A DNA stretch of 64,000 nucleotides from an uncultured Thermoprotei archaeon (GTDB lineage Archaea; Thermoproteota; Thermoprotei; Thermofilales; B15-G2). The translations under genes and the position numbers were made by a program. Below are positions 60,312 through 64,000 of the stretch, piece by piece. How positions within the stretch are numbered: position 1 is the first letter of the stretch; each line of letters begins with the position of its first letter. The stretch is from the NCBI GenBank assembly GCA_965367815.1, contig CBDUKN010000005.1, positions 1 to 64,000 on the forward strand, written 5' to 3'. The notes below the pieces were generated by a model. It was given only the letters and a program-made list of their open reading frames with translations, was not told the DNA's origin and searched no databases.

Positions 60312-62161
60312 TTTCTCACCTTAATTGTTCCAAAAGGACATATTTGTGTACATACCATACAGCCGAAACACAAACCTTCATCTATCTTAACTTTTCCTTC
60401 CTCGACTATGAGCGCTGGACAAGCGAAAGTATTTATGCAGACCATACATCCGCGGCAGTCTTCTACAGTAGGTGGAGTTCCTCTAAGACCTTTTCTAGCT
60501 GCTACAAGAGCACAAAGCCTTCTCGCAACAACAACTGCAGGCTTTTTCTCGCGCCGAACGTACTCGAGAGCATCTTTGATCGCTTGCTTTGTTTCTCCTA
60601 CATTGTAGGGATCGACTACTTTAACGAACTCTACTCCACAGGCTTTCGCGATGTCTTCGATTTTAATTATTTTAGCGGGCTTGCCTGTAGCAGTAATACC
60701 TGTGCCTGGATGGGGCTGGTGTCCTGTCATAGCGGTTACACTATTGTCCATAACTACTACGAGGAGCGGTGCGCTAGTGTAAACTGCGTTAATTAGTCCA
60801 GGTATTCCTGCGTGATAGAAAGTAGAGTCTCCAATAACAGCTACAACTGGTTTGTCTGTAAATCTAGCTATAGCTGCTCCCTCACCTAAGCTAGCGCCCA
60901 TGCATGTGGAAGTGTCTTGTAGCTGGAAAGGCGGATTATATCCCAGAGTGTAGCATCCAATGTCGCCTGTGCAGGGAATCTTTAAGCCAAGTTCTCTTAA
61001 AGCCTGTTTAAGAGAATAGTAAGTAGCTCTGTGAGGGCATCCTGGACAAAGCGTAGGTGGGCGTACTGGAATAGCTTTCTCTAATTCTTCTTTAAGTTTA
61101 ATAGATTCGATTGGCTCAGGTACTGTTTTCTCACATATTTTAGCTACAGCTCTCATTACTGTCAGTAAATCTAATTCTCCTGCAAGAGGCAGTAAGTCAC
61201 CTTTTCCGTAAATAGGTATTCTGAGGTCGAAGTCGTAGAGTTTCTCTTTAACTCTTCGCAGAAGGAACAAGTCGCCTTCCTCTACCACTAGAATTTTCTC
61301 TAACCCATCAGTAAATTTCTCTAGAAGCTTGGTTGGAAGCGGATGAGGAGTAGAGAGTTTAAGTACTTTCACTTTTCCGCAAAGATCGAGTTCTCTTAAC
61401 GCGTCAATTGCATAAGCGTATCCTATGCCGGATGTTATAATACCTACTTTACCTTCTCCCTCTATCTTGTTGAACTTAAATTCAGTTAACTTTTCTTCTA
61501 TCCTGTTCAATCTTTCTATTATCTTTACTCTAAGTTTTCTAGAATTAGCTGGCAGTAAGACCCATTTCGACGGATTGTACTCGAACACTGCTTTTCTTTC
61601 AATTTTCTTTATTTCACCTAAAACAACTTCTCCTCTAGTATGGCAGATTCTAGTTGTTACTCTAAAGAGGATAGCTGTACCGTTTTCTTCGGAGAAATCG
61701 TAGGCAGCTACTATAAGGTCTTTAGCTTCCTGCGGGCAGTAGGGCTCAAAGCACGGTATATATGAAGCTAAGCTGTAGTATCTGTTGTCTTGCTCATTTT
61801 GGCTACTATGGCAGCCAGGGTCGTCTGCAGATACTATTACGAGACCGCCTCTTACTCCGCTGTAGCCTATCGACATAAAGACATCGGCTGCTACGTTAAG
61901 TCCTACGTGCTTCATTGTAGCAAGAGCTCTCAGTCTGCACATTGATGCAGCGTAAGCTGTCTCTAGCGCTACTTTTTCGTTAGTACTCCAGTCTACGGTC
62001 ATGCCGACTTTATCTGCTACTCCAGCTAGAGTATCGATAATTTCGGTGGAAGGTGTGCCAGGGTACCCTGCTGCTACGTGTACACCTGCTTCAATAGCGC
62101 CCCTTGCGATAGCTTCATTGCCTAGTAGAAGAAGTTTTTCTCCGGGAGCACCAAGTATCAA
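60308..62161 (-). CDS. iorA: Indolepyruvate:ferredoxin oxidoreductase alpha subunit
   Basis: GNEAIARG, YPGTPS, KHVGLNVA, SSQNEQD, LCPGCPH, DIGCY, GDSTF.H, C-terminal ferredoxin. Confidence 0.95.
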   Translation of the reverse strand: MILGAPGEKLLLLGNEAIARGAIEAGVHVAAGYPGTPSTEIIDTLAGVADKVGMTVDWSTNEKVALETAYAASMCRLRALATMKHVGLNVAADVFMSIGYSGVRGGLVIVSADDPGCHSSQNEQDNRYYSLASYIPCFEPYCPQEAKDLIVAAYDFSEENGTAILFRVTTRICHTRGEVVLGEIKKIERKAVFEYNPSKWVLLPANSRKLRVKIIERLNRIEEKLTEFKFNKIEGEGKVGIITSGIGYAYAIDALRELDLCGKVKVLKLSTPHPLPTKLLEKFTDGLEKILVVEEGDLFLLRRVKEKLYDFDLRIPIYGKGDLLPLAGELDLLTVMRAVAKICEKTVPEPIESIKLKEELEKAIPVRPPTLCPGCPHRATYYSLKQALRELGLKIPCTGDIGCYTLGYNPPFQLQDTSTCMGASLGEGAAIARFTDKPVVAVIGDSTFYHAGIPGLINAVYTSAPLLVVVMDNSVTAMTGHQPHPGTGITATGKPAKIIKIEDIAKACGVEFVKVVDPYNVGETKQAIKDALEYVRREKKPAVVVARRLCALVAARKGLRGTPPTVEDCRGCMVCINTFACPALIVEEGKVKIDEGLCFGCMVCTQICPFGTIKVRK

Positions 62162-62292
62162 ATCGACACCATTTACATAGCTACAGCAGAGCTAATTTAA
62201 CTTATTACTAGAAATATGACTTCAAGAAATAGCCTCGTTTGACAGACTTCATTAAGTAAATTTACTAATGTAACTAGTATTATTGGTCGAGG

Positions 62293-62341
62293 TCAGAGCA
62301 CCGACTTACCATCATCTCTCGGCTTTTTCGCCGCTCATCAT
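62293..62341 (-). ncRNA. Box C/D guide sRNA
   Basis: Minus strand reads ATGATGA-GCGGCGAAAAAG-CCGA-GAG-ATGATGG-TAAGTCGGTGCT-CTGA: C, D', C', D boxes with two 12-nt guides in an intergenic gap. Confidence 0.8.
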
Positions 62342-62404
62342 TCCGCTATTTAGTGTATTATGGGGAAGACTATATTTAAATAATGCTTTGTTTCACTTTA
62401 CTAG

Positions 62405-62833
62405 GTGAGTTCGCAGAAAGTATCTGTTTCAATAAGGCTTACATATATTCATGGAGAAAAGTTAGTTGAAGAAACACCTAAAGAGCTTCAAGTTCATCTT
62501 CAGGTAACTTTACCTAGCGGGGAAGTCATTTTAAAGAAGCAAGGGCTTGAGGTTCCTTACGTAGTGTCTCTTGCGACGAATCCTCCTGTAGCCAATATCA
62601 CGGTGAAGGGTGTAGTAGTTATATCAGGAGATTCTTCGGAGCTTAAAAAGATAGAAAAGGATATCAAAAACAGGAGAGTGCCGCCGTTTATTATTAACTC
62701 TCTTATGCAGTTTGCTTTCTTTGAAGTAATGTTACTATCGAGAGAGCTGGGATTACCTCCTCCTGTGCCAATACCAGCTATTGCTCCACAGCAGCCTCAG
62801 TCTAAGTCAGGTAAGCCGCCCTATATAACTTAG
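62405..62833 (+). CDS. Archaeal hypothetical protein, possibly SecB-like fold
   Basis: Four beta strands then a helix ending L.RELGLPPPVPIP, reminiscent of the SecB-family C-terminal signature. Confidence 0.5.
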   Translation: MSSQKVSVSIRLTYIHGEKLVEETPKELQVHLQVTLPSGEVILKKQGLEVPYVVSLATNPPVANITVKGVVVISGDSSELKKIEKDIKNRRVPPFIINSLMQFAFFEVMLLSRELGLPPPVPIPAIAPQQPQSKSGKPPYIT

Positions 62834-62916
62834 GCAAACTCTTTTTTGAAACCTTTCTTTAAAGTGTTCTCGATAAAATTTTTAAGTAAAGGGCTCTCAG
62901 TTCTATAGGTGTCTTA

Positions 62917-63930
62917 ATGACATTAGCGCTGGGCAAGGTCCCATACAACATACTCGAAGAAAAGGTCTTTACTAAGCTAGGTGCTAAGGACGAGGCAGTT
63001 CTCTACGGACCTGGAATAGGACTAGACTCAGCTGTAATAGATATAGGTCCCAGAGTTTTAGTGGTACACAGTGATCCTATAACTGAAGCTAGAAAGAGAA
63101 TAGGATGGCTTTCTGTACACATATCTGCCAACGATGTTGCTGTGTGTGGAGCTAAGCCAAGATGGCTACTACCCGTTATCCTGTTACCTGAAGGTGCTGG
63201 TGAAGAAGTACTAGATGAGATTACAAGCGATATAGATCAAGCAGCCAAAGAAATAGAGGCAAGTATTGTTGGAGGACACACTGAAGTTACTCCAAGACTG
63301 GATAGGCCTATTGTCATCACGACGGCTGCTGGAGTAGTTTCTAAGAAACGTTTTGTGACAGCAGCTGGAGCAAAGCCTGGAGACCTTGTATTAGCAACTA
63401 AAAGTGTTGCGCTAGAAGGAACTGCTATTATAGCAGAAGACTTTGAGGAAGATTTGCGGGGAAAAGCTGTGCCTATAAGAATTATTGAGCGAGCAAAAAC
63501 ATTCATAGATGAAGTGAGCGTAGTAAAGGAAGCTTTAGCCGCTATTTCGACAGGTGGAGTCACTGCGGCTCATGACCCTACTGAAGGAGGCTTTCTCGGA
63601 GGACTAGTAGAGCTAGCGAAAGCATCTAATGTAATGATTGAAGCATATGAAGATAAAATACCTGTAAGAAGCGAAACTAGAGTTATATGCGACGCACTCA
63701 ATATAGACCCACTTAAGTTAATAAGCTCAGGAAGCCTAATATTAACAGTTAAAGAAGAAATGTTTGAGTCGGTCATAAGCGCTATTAGGAGGGAAGGTGT
63801 TGAAGTGCGTATGATAGGCAAGGTAAGTGAAGGATCTGGCGTTAAAGTACATCGTAAAGATGGAAAAGTAGAAGTATATGAAGAAATGATTGTAGATGAG
63901 TTGACAAAACTATGGGAGAAAAAAGTATGA
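62917..63930 (+). CDS. AIR synthase (PurM/HypE/ThiL) family protein
   Basis: G.G.D.A, SDPIT, NDVA..GA.P, GGHTE, HDPTEGG, DPL.LISSG. Confidence 0.88.
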   Translation: MTLALGKVPYNILEEKVFTKLGAKDEAVLYGPGIGLDSAVIDIGPRVLVVHSDPITEARKRIGWLSVHISANDVAVCGAKPRWLLPVILLPEGAGEEVLDEITSDIDQAAKEIEASIVGGHTEVTPRLDRPIVITTAAGVVSKKRFVTAAGAKPGDLVLATKSVALEGTAIIAEDFEEDLRGKAVPIRIIERAKTFIDEVSVVKEALAAISTGGVTAAHDPTEGGFLGGLVELAKASNVMIEAYEDKIPVRSETRVICDALNIDPLKLISSGSLILTVKEEMFESVISAIRREGVEVRMIGKVSEGSGVKVHRKDGKVEVYEEMIVDELTKLWEKKV

Positions 63931-64000
63931 CAATACCTACTGATGAAAACAAAAACAAAAGGGATATAGATAAACTGCAATTAATCAAGTGTATTTATAA
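63927..64000 (+). CDS. Possible 5' end of the next gene (truncated by window edge)
   Basis: ATGA overlap with the previous stop; frame MTIPTDENKNKRDIDKLQLIKCIY stays open to the end. Confidence 0.3.
   Translation, partial: MTIPTDENKNKRDIDKLQLIKCIY

Noticed and set aside
63939-63946. CTGATGA box-like word near the window end
   Set aside because: No D box follows within the window; better explained as coding sequence of the next gene.

Overview
A 64 kb window of a hyperthermophilic archaeal chromosome (reverse gyrase, Elp3, Taw3, IorAB, box C/D sRNAs). The gene content suggests a Thermoproteota/Thermofilales-like organism, which is an inference. Housekeeping and metabolic genes include cysS, rgy, guaAB, purB, hdrA-mvhDGA, iorAB, a P-type ATPase and ridA. 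The most unusual content is as follows. (1) Two rearranged copies of a three-gene membrane system: a giant PA/M28-peptidase-like ectodomain fused to a MacB/FtsX permease, plus two different OPT-like transporters. No ABC ATPase lies nearby and the M28 catalytic residues are degenerate, reminiscent of nicastrin. (2) A third FtsX-type paralogue that lacks the M28 part and carries a C-terminal CARF-like Rossmann domain. (3) A cluster of tiny Trp/Tyr/Pro/Gly-Arg-rich proteins next to an Mrp Fe-S carrier ATPase and DUF134. (4) A luxE-luxC-like acyl reductase pair without luciferase. (5) Three box C/D guide sRNAs and two small genes missed by the ORF track. I saw no CRISPR array, tRNA, rRNA or transposase. 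All family assignments come from reading motifs by eye, not from database searches.
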